DNA of 32,000 nt, taken from positions 5,700,001 to 5,732,000 of the forward strand of contig NZ_LN831024.1 in assembly GCF_001457615.1 (NCBI RefSeq), given 5' to 3'. How positions within the stretch are numbered: position 1 is the stretch's first letter; the number at the start of each line of letters is the position of its first letter. Under the pieces are notes generated by a model that was not told where the DNA came from, made no database searches, and was given only the letters and a program-made list of their open reading frames with translations. The DNA is from Pseudomonas aeruginosa. GTDB taxonomy: Bacteria > Pseudomonadota > Gammaproteobacteria > Pseudomonadales > Pseudomonadaceae. This document shows positions 10,326 through 24,347 of this stretch, in pieces. A program made the translations under genes and the position numbers.

Positions 10326-11255
10326 TCACTCCGACCAGAAGCGTACTCCGGTCAGTTCTTCCGATAGCGCCCACAGCCGCGCGGCCAGCCCCAGGTCGCG
10401 CGCATTCCGCGGAATCCGCGCCGCCGCCGGATAACCGCGGGTTTCCAGCCAGCGATCCGGGCCAACATAGGCGCCGCCATACCAGCGCTGTTCGGTCAGC
10501 GCGGAAAGTGCCGGCAACGCCCCCATCTCCGCCGATTGCGCGAACGCTCCGTTGGCCACCTTCATCGCCCAGCGTCCCAGGCGCGAACCGGACATCGCCG
10601 GCGCCGCGTACTGCAGGTTGGTCGCCGCGTAGCCCGGATGCGCCGCCAGGCTCTGCAGAAGCACGCCCCGCTGGCCGGCGCGGCGCTGCAACTCCAGGCT
10701 GAACAGCAGATTGGCCTGCTTGCTGTGGCAATAGGCGAGATAGCGGTTGTAGCCGCGCTCGGCGTTGAGGTCGTCGAGCGGCAGCCAGCCGAACTGGTTG
10801 AAACCGCTGGTCATGCCCACCACCCTGGGCCGTGGAGCGGCCAGCAACGACTCCAGCAGCAGTCCCGTAAGGGCGAAGTGGCCGAGGTGATTGGTGCCCA
10901 TCTGCATCTCGAAACCGTCGCGGGTACGCCGCAGGGGCAGGAACATCACTCCGGCGTTGTTGAAAAAGAGATCGAGGCGTTCGTGGCGCTGACGGAAACC
11001 GGCGGCGCAGGCGCGGATCGAGGCGAGGTCGGCCAGGTCGAGATCGGCCAGCTCCAGGCGTGCCTGGGGATACTCGTCGAGGATCGCCCGCCGCGCCCGC
11101 TCCGCCTGTTCGCGATTGCGGCAGGCCATCACCACGGTCGCCCCTTTGCCGGCCAGCGTGCGCGCCGCCTGCCAACCCAGGCCGCTGTTGGCGCCGGTGA
11201 CCAGCGCCAGGCGCCCGGCCAGTTGTGGAATGTTGCGTCGTGCCCAGGGATGCAT
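10326..11255 (-). CDS. Short-chain dehydrogenase/reductase
   Basis: 'LALVTGANSGLGWQAARTLAGKGATVVMACRNREQAERA' (TGxxxGxG), 'LDLFFNNAGVMFLP' (NNAG), 'YLAYCHSKQANLLF' (YxxxK). Start at MHPWARRN, ATG 11255; the ORF track N-terminal extension overlaps the divergent regulator. Confidence 0.93.
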   Translation of the reverse strand: MHPWARRNIPQLAGRLALVTGANSGLGWQAARTLAGKGATVVMACRNREQAERARRAILDEYPQARLELADLDLADLASIRACAAGFRQRHERLDLFFNNAGVMFLPLRRTRDGFEMQMGTNHLGHFALTGLLLESLLAAPRPRVVGMTSGFNQFGWLPLDDLNAERGYNRYLAYCHSKQANLLFSLELQRRAGQRGVLLQSLAAHPGYAATNLQYAAPAMSGSRLGRWAMKVANGAFAQSAEMGALPALSALTEQRWYGGAYVGPDRWLETRGYPAAARIPRNARDLGLAARLWALSEELTGVRFWSE

Positions 11256-11366
11256 CGCTCGTTCTCCGCTTGACTGCGTTGCCGGGCAGTATCGCGGCAC
11301 CAGCCAATGCAGCGGCAGACGCGCTCGCACCAGACTGCCGATCATTTCGGGCCAGGACACGCCAGC

Positions 11367-12440
11367 ATGAGCCGCCGCACGGACTCCGACGCACCGACCA
11401 TCACCGCCGCCTACCCGCGCCTGCTGCTCGGCCTGCTGGAGGAACGCGGCCTGGACGGACGTGCGCTGCTGCGGGAAATCGGTCTGTCGACGCTGCGACT
11501 GGAAGAGCCGGAAGCACGCGTCACATCGCAGCAGTACCAGGCGATCGCCGCCACGGCGCTCGCGCTGAGCGGCGACCCCGGCCTCGGCGCACAGCTCGCC
11601 TTGCGCACGCCTCCCACCGCCCATGGCAGCCTGGGCTACGCGATGATGGCCTCGGCGACGCTCGGCGATGCCTTGTGCCTGGCGCTGCGCTACATGCCGC
11701 TGCTGCAGGGCAACGTCGAAATCAGCCTGCTGCGCGAGGACGAGCAGGTGATCCTGCGCCTGCTGCCAGGCCCTGCGCTCCCGCCGGCGCTGCACCGGTA
11801 CTTCAGCGAAGCCCTGCTGATCGGCCTGTATCGCTCCGGCGCCTGGCTGCTCGGCGAACCGGCCCTGGTCGGCAGGCTCGACTTCGACTACCCCGAACCT
11901 GCCGTGCCTGTGCCGCTGCCGCAGTGCCGCTACGACCAGGCCCACGTCCAGTTGGTGTTCCCCGCCATCCTGCTCGCCCGCTCGCTACCGATGGCCGATC
12001 CGGCTGCGTTGCGCCGCGCCCGCGAACACTGCGAGCGCGAACTGGCGCTGCTCGATGCCGGCCGCCGGGACATCTGCGCCCGCGTGCGGCTGGAGCTGGA
12101 ACGCCAGGAACAGCGCTTCCCCAACCTGGAGGAAGTAGCCGCGCGCCTGCACCTGTCCAGCCGCAGCCTCAAGCGGCATCTGCATGACGCCGGCACCAGC
12201 TTTCGCCAGTTGCTCGGTCAGGCTCGCCAGCGCCAGGCCTTGCGATTGCTGCGGCGTCCCGAGGTGTCGTTGCAGCGTATCGCCCTGTACCTGGGTTACA
12301 GCGATCCAACCAACTTCACCCGCGCCTTCAAGCGCTGGACCGGCGAGCCGCCGAGCGACACCCGCGCCCGCCTGCTGGGCGGGCAACCAGTTTCACGAAC
12401 AAATGCCAAGCGCTCGACAAATCCCTCGCGTTTCCCTTGA
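11367..12440 (+). CDS. AraC-family transcriptional regulator (arabinose-binding-like N-terminal domain + C-terminal HTH)
   Basis: 'FPNLEEVAARLHLSSRSLKRHLHDAGTSFRQLLGQARQRQALRLLRRPEVSLQRIALYLGYSDPTNFTRAFKRWTGEPPS' is AraC HTH. Start chosen as ATG 11367 (MSRRTDSDAP). Confidence 0.93.
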   Translation: MSRRTDSDAPTITAAYPRLLLGLLEERGLDGRALLREIGLSTLRLEEPEARVTSQQYQAIAATALALSGDPGLGAQLALRTPPTAHGSLGYAMMASATLGDALCLALRYMPLLQGNVEISLLREDEQVILRLLPGPALPPALHRYFSEALLIGLYRSGAWLLGEPALVGRLDFDYPEPAVPVPLPQCRYDQAHVQLVFPAILLARSLPMADPAALRRAREHCERELALLDAGRRDICARVRLELERQEQRFPNLEEVAARLHLSSRSLKRHLHDAGTSFRQLLGQARQRQALRLLRRPEVSLQRIALYLGYSDPTNFTRAFKRWTGEPPSDTRARLLGGQPVSRTNAKRSTNPSRFP

Positions 12441-12513
12441 GCGCAGCAAGCGCTGTTCTATGCTGCTGCGGCCGGCATCCGGCCGGCCTCGACAGCGATA
12501 TGAAAGGGACTTT

Positions 12514-13494
12514 ATGAAACCAGCGATCAAGCGCGCCTGCCTGCTCGGCACGGCACTGTTCTCCCTCTGCGCCAGCGCAGCCCAGGCGGCCGGCGTTCTG
12601 GTAGGAACCTGGGACCTGCGGGGCAACGGCCAGCTCGCCGCGGTCTACCGCGACGGCGCCAACCTGCAGGTGGTGGAAGGCGGCAGCACCCGCAACTACA
12701 GCTTCGGCAACGTGGTCTGGTCGGTCTTCGGCGCCACCGATACCGACGGCCAGCCCGGCGCGGAAATCCTGGTCAAGGCCGGTCCCGACCTGGTGATCGT
12801 TTCCCACGCCAGCACCACCCAGCGCAAGTACCCGGTAGGCAACGTCTCCTGGGCGATCATGCGCGCCACCGACGTCGACAACGTCGCCGGCGACGAAGTC
12901 ATCCTCAGCATCGGCAACGGCGTGCGCACCGTATTCGATCGCACCCGTACGCAACGCGACGCCACCTTCAGCTACAACGGCACCTGGGGCCTGTTCGACG
13001 TCGCCGACGTGGACGGCGCGCCGGGCAAGGAACTGGTGCTGAACATGGGCAACGGCGTCAAGGTCATCGACCCGCGCACCAGTGGCGCCAAGGACTTCAC
13101 CTTCAGCGGCTACCACGCGCTCGCACAGATCGCCGACCTCGACGGCCAGCCCGGCGCGGAGATCATCGGCCGCACCAGCACCGGCATCTACGTGATCAGC
13201 AACGCCAGTTCCCGCAAGGAATACAACATCGGCGCCAGCGCCTGGGCACTCTATGGCGGCACCGCGGACACCGACGGCAAGCCGGGCAACGAGCTGATCG
13301 TGGTGATGCAGGGCAAGGTGCGGGTCATCCACCACGCCAGCGGCGCCAGCAGCGACTACCGCATCGGCGACGTCAACTACAGCATCGATTCGGTGGCCGA
13401 CATGGATGGCCAGCCGGGCGCGGAAATCCTCGTGCGCGACGCCAACGGCAAGCTGTTCGTGATCAACGACCGCACCGGCAAGGTAAGCAGTTGA
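12514..13494 (+). CDS. Predicted secreted protein with Asp-rich (FG-GAP/VCBS-like) repeats
   Basis: Signal peptide 'MKPAIKRACLLGTALFSLCASAAQA'; six recurring motifs DTDGQPGAEI, DVDNVAGDEV, DVDGAPGKEL, DLDGQPGAEI, DTDGKPGNEL, DMDGQPGAEI. ATG 12514 preceded by AAAGGGAC. Confidence 0.85.
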   Translation: MKPAIKRACLLGTALFSLCASAAQAAGVLVGTWDLRGNGQLAAVYRDGANLQVVEGGSTRNYSFGNVVWSVFGATDTDGQPGAEILVKAGPDLVIVSHASTTQRKYPVGNVSWAIMRATDVDNVAGDEVILSIGNGVRTVFDRTRTQRDATFSYNGTWGLFDVADVDGAPGKELVLNMGNGVKVIDPRTSGAKDFTFSGYHALAQIADLDGQPGAEIIGRTSTGIYVISNASSRKEYNIGASAWALYGGTADTDGKPGNELIVVMQGKVRVIHHASGASSDYRIGDVNYSIDSVADMDGQPGAEILVRDANGKLFVINDRTGKVSS

Positions 13495-13579
13495 GCCGGG
13501 CGGGTTGCGTAGGGCGGGTACGCCACCGGCGCGACCCCGCCAGCCAACGCGCCGGAGGGCCGTCGGCCCGCGCATGAAA

Positions 13580-13605
13580 AAGGGGAGCCTCGGCTCCCCT
13601 TCTTT
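13580..13605. terminator. Bidirectional rho-independent terminator between convergent genes (repeat-protein gene and hemE)
   Basis: AAGGGGAGCC-tc-GGCTCCCCTT stem, with an A-run before it and a T-rich run (cttt) after it, in the convergent gap. Confidence 0.85.
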
Positions 13606-13614
13606 CGTTCCGGC

Positions 13615-14682
13615 TCAGCCGTGGTACTGCGCCGACAGCTCGTGCACCGCCTCGAAGAAGGCGCCGGCATGGGCCGGGTCGACTTCCGGGGTGATGCCGT
13701 GGCCGAGATTGAACACATGCCCCGTACCCTTGCCGTAGGCCGCCAGGATCCGCGCGACTTCGGCGCGGATCGCCGCCGGATTGGCGTAGAGCACCGAAGG
13801 ATCCATGTTGCCTTGCAGGGCTACGCGCTCACCGACACGGGCCCGGGCGCTGCCGATGTCGCAGGTCCAGTCCAGGCCCAGCGCCTCGGCGCCGACCTCG
13901 GCCATCGACTCCAGCCACAGGCCGCCTCCCTTGGTGAAGAGGATCACCGGCACCCGGCGTCCGTCGTGCTCGCGGATCAATCCATCGACGATCTTGCGCA
14001 TGTAGGCCAGGGAGAACTCCTGGTAGGCCGCCGCCGACAGGCTGCCGCCCCATGAGTCGAAGATCTGCACCGCCTGGGCGCCGGCGTGGATCTGCCCGTT
14101 GAGGTAGCTGGTCACCGATTGCGCCAGCTTGTCCAGCAGAGCGTGCATGGCCTTGGGGTTGTCGTAGAGCATCGCCTTGGACTTGCGGAAGTCCTTGCTC
14201 GAGCCGCCCTCGACCATGTAGGTGGCGAGGGTCCAGGGGCTGCCGGAGAAGCCGATCAGCGGTACGCGGCCGTTCAGCTCGCGGCGGATGGTGCGCACGG
14301 CGTCCATCACATAGCCCAGGTCCTGTTCCGGATCGGGAACCGGCAGCGCCTCGATGTCGGCCAGCGACGAGACCACCTTGCGGAAGCGCGGGCCTTCGCC
14401 GGTCTCGAAGTACAGGCCCTGGCCCATGGCATCGGGAATGGTCAGGATATCGGAGAAGAGGATCGCGGCGTCCAGCTGCGGGTAACGGTCCAGCGGCTGC
14501 AGGGTCACTTCGCAGGCCAGCTCCGGGTTCATGCACAGGCTCATGAAATCGCCGGCCTTGGCACGGGTGGCACGGTATTCCGGCAGGTAACGACCGGCCT
14601 GGCGCATCATCCAGACGGGGGTGACATCGACGGGCTGCTTGAGCAGGGCGCGGAGGAAGCGGTCGTTCTTCAGGGCAGTCAT
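13615..14682 (-). CDS. hemE: Uroporphyrinogen decarboxylase
   Basis: 355 aa; '[46 protein letters not shown]' and '[20 protein letters not shown]' are diagnostic HemE motifs. Confidence 0.98.
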   Translation of the reverse strand: MTALKNDRFLRALLKQPVDVTPVWMMRQAGRYLPEYRATRAKAGDFMSLCMNPELACEVTLQPLDRYPQLDAAILFSDILTIPDAMGQGLYFETGEGPRFRKVVSSLADIEALPVPDPEQDLGYVMDAVRTIRRELNGRVPLIGFSGSPWTLATYMVEGGSSKDFRKSKAMLYDNPKAMHALLDKLAQSVTSYLNGQIHAGAQAVQIFDSWGGSLSAAAYQEFSLAYMRKIVDGLIREHDGRRVPVILFTKGGGLWLESMAEVGAEALGLDWTCDIGSARARVGERVALQGNMDPSVLYANPAAIRAEVARILAAYGKGTGHVFNLGHGITPEVDPAHAGAFFEAVHELSAQYHG

Positions 14683-14735
14683 AACGGCATCCGATCAAAG
14701 GCTGCTGGCTTCACGCGGGCGCGTGCGGAAGGGGG

Positions 14736-14744
14736 TTATCCACA
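14736..14744 (+). promoter_or_regulatory. Consensus DnaA-box 9-mer TTATCCACA upstream of hemE
   Basis: Exact TTATCCACA in the hemE/gltD intergenic region. A single copy could be chance. Confidence 0.35.
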
Positions 14745-14786
14745 GGCCGGCGGGCGAAAAGGGCCGCTATTGTCGCAAAGCACAAA

Positions 14787-14818
14787 ACAAAAGGCACGGC
14801 GGGGGCCGTGCCTTTTGT
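14787..14818 (-). terminator. Rho-independent terminator downstream of gltBD
   Basis: Perfect 13-bp inverted repeat ACAAAAGGCACGG-cggggg-CCGTGCCTTTTGT, T-rich on the minus-strand 3' side, 41 nt after the gltD stop. Confidence 0.9.
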
Positions 14819-14858
14819 CTATCGCGGTGATTTGTCGCAGCGCCGGTGGCGCCGCGGA

Positions 14859-16301
<1,443 letters not shown>

Positions 16302-16320
16302 TCATCACAACTTCGGGCGC

Positions 16321-20766
<4,446 letters not shown>

Positions 20767-20855
20767 AAGGAACTCTCACCGGCAAAACTTTTTTAGTCAT
20801 CTACTTCGCCTGTCACCCGCTCATGCGGCGAGTTTTCGACAGGCAAAGGGAGGCC

Positions 20856-20884
20856 ATTGTACATAGGTGCACAAGGCCTCACAA
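20856..20884 (-). promoter_or_regulatory. Candidate sigma70-like promoter of gltB
   Basis: Minus strand TTGTGA-N17-TACAAT (4/6 and 5/6 to consensus, optimal spacer), about 90 nt upstream of the gltB ATG. Confidence 0.6.
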
Positions 20885-20990
20885 ATTTTGCGGCGAGAAA
20901 ATGAAATTCAATGTCGCCAAAATGAAAGACGAAACCCGCCGGTCATGCTAACGACTAGCGAGTTTCGTCAAGAGGCGACGGCAGGTCGGA

Positions 20991-22655
20991 TCAATGCGCC
21001 TGGCCGATCTCCTGCTGGATGCTGGCGAAGGTACGCGGCCACGGCTTGCCGGCCTGCACCTTGGACGGCAGTTTTTTCACTGCGGCCAGGGCGGCGGCAC
21101 GGTTCGGGAAGCTGCCATAGGTGACGACGTAGAACGGCTTGCCTTGCAGGGTTTTCTTGAAGTAGCGGAAATCGCCGCCGCCCTGCTGGCGAATGAACGC
21201 CTGGGCATTGGCTTCGGAGCCGGTACCGAGGATCTGCAGGGCGAAGTTACCACCAGACTGGTTGCGATACCACTGACTTCCCGCACCGCCACCGCTGGCC
21301 GGCTTGGCGGCCGGAGCCGGGGCCGGCTTCGCCGCGGCGGTGGTGGCCGGCTTGCTGGCCGCCGGCTTGCTGGCCGCCGGCTTGGCCGGAGCCGGGGCCG
21401 GCTTGCTGGCCGGGGCGCTGGCGACCGGCGCGGCCGGTGCCGGGGTCTGCGCCGGAGTCGGGGTCGCCGCAGGCGCGGTCGGTTCGGTCGGCGCCGGCGG
21501 CACCGGATGCATCGGCGTGACGCCGTTGTTGGCCAGCGGCGTCACCGGAGGAGCCGAGCTGGAAACGGTAGGCGGCACCGCGGCGGACGGCAGGCCGCCT
21601 TCGTCGTCGCCACCTTGCCCGGCGGCCTGGGCCAGCGGCTCGCGAATGACCGGCTGCGACTCGCCGACCAACGGTAGCGGCAACGGCTGGCTGGAGCCGT
21701 TGAACTCCACGGCCGGGCCGCTGCCCGGCTGCTGGGCCTGGGCCGGCGTACCACCATTCATGGACAATTCGGTAGAGGCGGTCTGCGGCGCCTCCGGCTT
21801 GCTCTTGCCTTGCATGAACCAGGCGGCGATCACGCCGATGGCCACGACCGCAAGAATCACCAGATGCTTCTTGGGCAAGTTGAAAGACCCTCCGGTTGCC
21901 TTGCGCGCTGCGCCACGATTGGCCAGCATCGCTTCGATCAGGGCATCGCGGGCGACCTGGTTGATCGCTCCCGGCCAGCCTTCCGACTGCTCGTGGATGT
22001 CCACCAGCAGGTCGTTGGAAATCAGCTCGATGCCCTGCCCGGCGCCCTCGAGACGCTGGGCCAGGTAGTCGCGGGTTTCCTCTTCGCTGTATGGCTGCAA
22101 TTCGATGGCATGGAAGCGCTCCTCACCCTCGGAAAACACCTCCAGGCGCGGCAGCAACGACGGCTCACCGAACAGGAATACATGCAGGCGTCCCTCGTTG
22201 GTGCCGGAAGCCAGCAGCAACAGCACTTCCAGCGCGCTGTCCTGGAGCTGTTCGGCATCGTCCACCATCAGGTAGACGTCCTGCCCGGTGATCGCCAGCT
22301 GCGCCACCTTGGTCAGGATCGCCTCCAGGCTCGCCTGGTTGATGCTCAGGCCCTGCGCCACCTGGCGCAGCAACGAAGTCTCGTCGGCGGCGGTGCGCGC
22401 CGAGATCACCACGCTGAGGACCGCATCCTTGTTGGTGCTGGCCACCAGCGCCTGGCGCAGCAGGGTCTTGCCGCTGCCCAGGGGCCCGGTGACCAGCAGC
22501 AGGAGCTGGCTGTAGCGGGCCAGATGGTGCAACTGGCCGAGCACCGGCTTGCGCTGCGCCGGGAAGAACTTGAAACCCGGAACGCGCGGCGCGAACGGGT
22601 CGTGACTGAATTGGTAGTGGCCCAGGAAGGCCTCATCGGCATGCAAGCTGGTCAT
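20991..22655 (-). CDS. ExeA/GspA-like AAA ATPase fused to a TM segment, Ala/Pro/Lys-rich linker and SPOR domain (DamX-like)
   Basis: 'FLGHYQFSHDPFAPRVPGFKFFPAQRKPVLGQLHHLARYSQLLLLVTGPLGSGKTLLRQAL' (Walker A), 'DVYLMVDDAEQLQDSALEVLLLL' (Walker B), TM 'HLVILAVVAIGVIAAWFMQG', linker 'PAKPAASKPAASKPATTAAAKPAPAPAAKPA', C-term 'GNFALQILGTGSEANAQAFIRQQGGGDFRYFKKTLQGKPFYVVTYGSFPNRAAALAAVKKLP' (SPOR). Confidence 0.9.
   Translation of the reverse strand: MTSLHADEAFLGHYQFSHDPFAPRVPGFKFFPAQRKPVLGQLHHLARYSQLLLLVTGPLGSGKTLLRQALVASTNKDAVLSVVISARTAADETSLLRQVAQGLSINQASLEAILTKVAQLAITGQDVYLMVDDAEQLQDSALEVLLLLASGTNEGRLHVFLFGEPSLLPRLEVFSEGEERFHAIELQPYSEEETRDYLAQRLEGAGQGIELISNDLLVDIHEQSEGWPGAINQVARDALIEAMLANRGAARKATGGSFNLPKKHLVILAVVAIGVIAAWFMQGKSKPEAPQTASTELSMNGGTPAQAQQPGSGPAVEFNGSSQPLPLPLVGESQPVIREPLAQAAGQGGDDEGGLPSAAVPPTVSSSAPPVTPLANNGVTPMHPVPPAPTEPTAPAATPTPAQTPAPAAPVASAPASKPAPAPAKPAASKPAASKPATTAAAKPAPAPAAKPASGGGAGSQWYRNQSGGNFALQILGTGSEANAQAFIRQQGGGDFRYFKKTLQGKPFYVVTYGSFPNRAAALAAVKKLPSKVQAGKPWPRTFASIQQEIGQAH
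21346..21411. repeat. Short 15-nt repeats (GCCGGCTTGCTGGCC) inside the Ala/Pro/Lys linker of the ATPase-SPOR gene
   Basis: Identical 15-mers at 21346-21360, 21361-21375 and 21397-21411, with a partial copy at 21376-21384. Confidence 0.8.
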
Positions 22656-22661
22656 GGGACC

Positions 22662-23768
22662 TCATTCATCTCCAAGCTGGTCGGCCAAGGCCCGATAGTC
22701 GGTGCGCAGGGTCGCGTCCAAGATCTCACGGGGAAAATCGCCGGTGACCACGGCATTCCCCAGTCCTTGCAGCAAAACCAGACGCAGGCGGCCATCGAGC
22801 ACTTTCTTGTCGACGGCCATGTGTTCCATAAAATCTTCCGCCGTCATCTCGGCCGGCGGTACCACGGGCAGGCCAGCCCGGCGCAGCAGGCGGATACCGC
22901 GATCGCGCTCGGCGGCGCTCAGCCAACCCAACCGATGCGACATCTCGAGTGCCATCACGGTTCCCGCCCCTACCGCTTCGCCGTGCAGCCAGACGCCGTA
23001 ACCCTGCTGGGTCTCGATCGCATGACCGAAGGTATGGCCGAGGTTCAGCGTGGCACGCACGCCCGACTCGCGCTCGTCGGCGCCCACCACGCGGGCCTTC
23101 GCCGCGCAAGAGCGCTCGATGGCCTCGGTGACAACGGTCGGCTCCAGTGCCAGCAAGGCATCCATGTGCTCTTCCAGCCAGGTGATGAACGGTTCGTCGC
23201 AAATGAAACCGTACTTGATCACCTCCGCCAGCCCGGCGGACAGCTCGCGGGACGGCAGCGTCTTCAGCGACGCGGTGTCGATGACCACCGCCTGGGGCTG
23301 GTAGAACGCACCGATCATATTCTTGCCCAACGGATGGTTGATCCCGGTCTTGCCGCCCACCGAGGAGTCGACCTGGGACAACAGGGTGGTCGGCACCTGG
23401 ATGAAGTTGACCCCACGCTGGTAGCAGGCCGCGGCGAAACCGGCCATGTCACCGATGACGCCGCCGCCCAGGGCGATCAGGGTAGTCTTGCGGTCATGCC
23501 GCTCCTTCAGCAGGGCATCGAAGATCAGTTGCAGGGTTTCCCACTGCTTGTAGGCCTCGCCGTCGGGCAGCACCACAGGGGTGACCTCATGGCCTTGCAG
23601 TGCCTTGAGCAGGGTTTCCAGATAGAGAGGAGCGACCGTTTCGTTGCTGATCACCGCGACCCGGCGACCGACGATATGCGGCGCGAACCAGCGGGCGTCG
23701 CCCAGCAGGTTTTCACCGATGTAAATGGGATAGCTACGCTCGCCTAGATCGACGTGAAGTGTGCGCAT
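22662..23768 (-). CDS. aroB: 3-dehydroquinate synthase
   Basis: 368 aa from [22 protein letters not shown]; '[62 protein letters not shown]' is diagnostic. ORF track N-terminal extension to 23903 rejected. Confidence 0.98.
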   Translation of the reverse strand: MRTLHVDLGERSYPIYIGENLLGDARWFAPHIVGRRVAVISNETVAPLYLETLLKALQGHEVTPVVLPDGEAYKQWETLQLIFDALLKERHDRKTTLIALGGGVIGDMAGFAAACYQRGVNFIQVPTTLLSQVDSSVGGKTGINHPLGKNMIGAFYQPQAVVIDTASLKTLPSRELSAGLAEVIKYGFICDEPFITWLEEHMDALLALEPTVVTEAIERSCAAKARVVGADERESGVRATLNLGHTFGHAIETQQGYGVWLHGEAVGAGTVMALEMSHRLGWLSAAERDRGIRLLRRAGLPVVPPAEMTAEDFMEHMAVDKKVLDGRLRLVLLQGLGNAVVTGDFPREILDATLRTDYRALADQLGDE

Positions 23769-23817
23769 GAGGCCCCCAGACAGGAAAGGGCAATAGGATA
23801 ACGCAATTCGCCGCGCC

Positions 23818-24336
23818 TCAGCGGGGCGGCAACTTGCGCAGGCGTTCGAGAATTTCCTGGACGACCAGGCGCGGCGGCCTTTCGTCGGTCTCCACCACCA
23901 CATCGGCGATTTCGCGGTAGAGCGGATCGCGCAGCGCCATCAGGTCGCGGAGGATCTGTCCCGGGTTGGGCTTCTGCAACAAGGGGCGGTTGCGGTCCCG
24001 CGCCGTGCGCGCGATCTGGTGCTCGACCGAGGCATGCAGGTACACAACCCGGCCACCGGCGCGCAGCACCTGGCGGTTACCGTCGCGCATCACCGCCCCG
24101 CCGCCGGTGGCGATCACCATGCCGTCGGCGGCGCAGAGTTCGGTGAGCATGGCCTGCTCGCGCTCGCGGAAACCGACCTCGCCCTCGACATCGAAGATCC
24201 ATGGGATATTCGCGCCGCACCGCTGTTCGATCTCCTTGTCGGAGTCCTTGAACGCGAGATGCAGCTCCTTGGCGAGCAGGCGCCCGATGGTGCTCTTTCC
24301 AGCACCCATCGGGCCGACGAGGATCAGGTTGACCAC
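23818..24336 (-). CDS. aroK: Shikimate kinase
   Basis: 172 aa; '[59 protein letters not shown]', '[12 protein letters not shown]'. GTG start at 24336. Confidence 0.98.
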
Positions 24337-24347
24337 GTTGTTCGATA

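Noticed and set aside
12328-13575. 415-aa minus-strand ORF opposite the secreted repeat protein
   Set aside because: Periodicity (VVDHE/GVAH-type repeats) is only the reverse complement of the real Asp-rich repeats.
23769-23903. N-terminal extension of aroB in the ORF track
   Set aside because: The conserved AroB N-terminus begins at [16 protein letters not shown] (23768), and the extension would overlap aroK.
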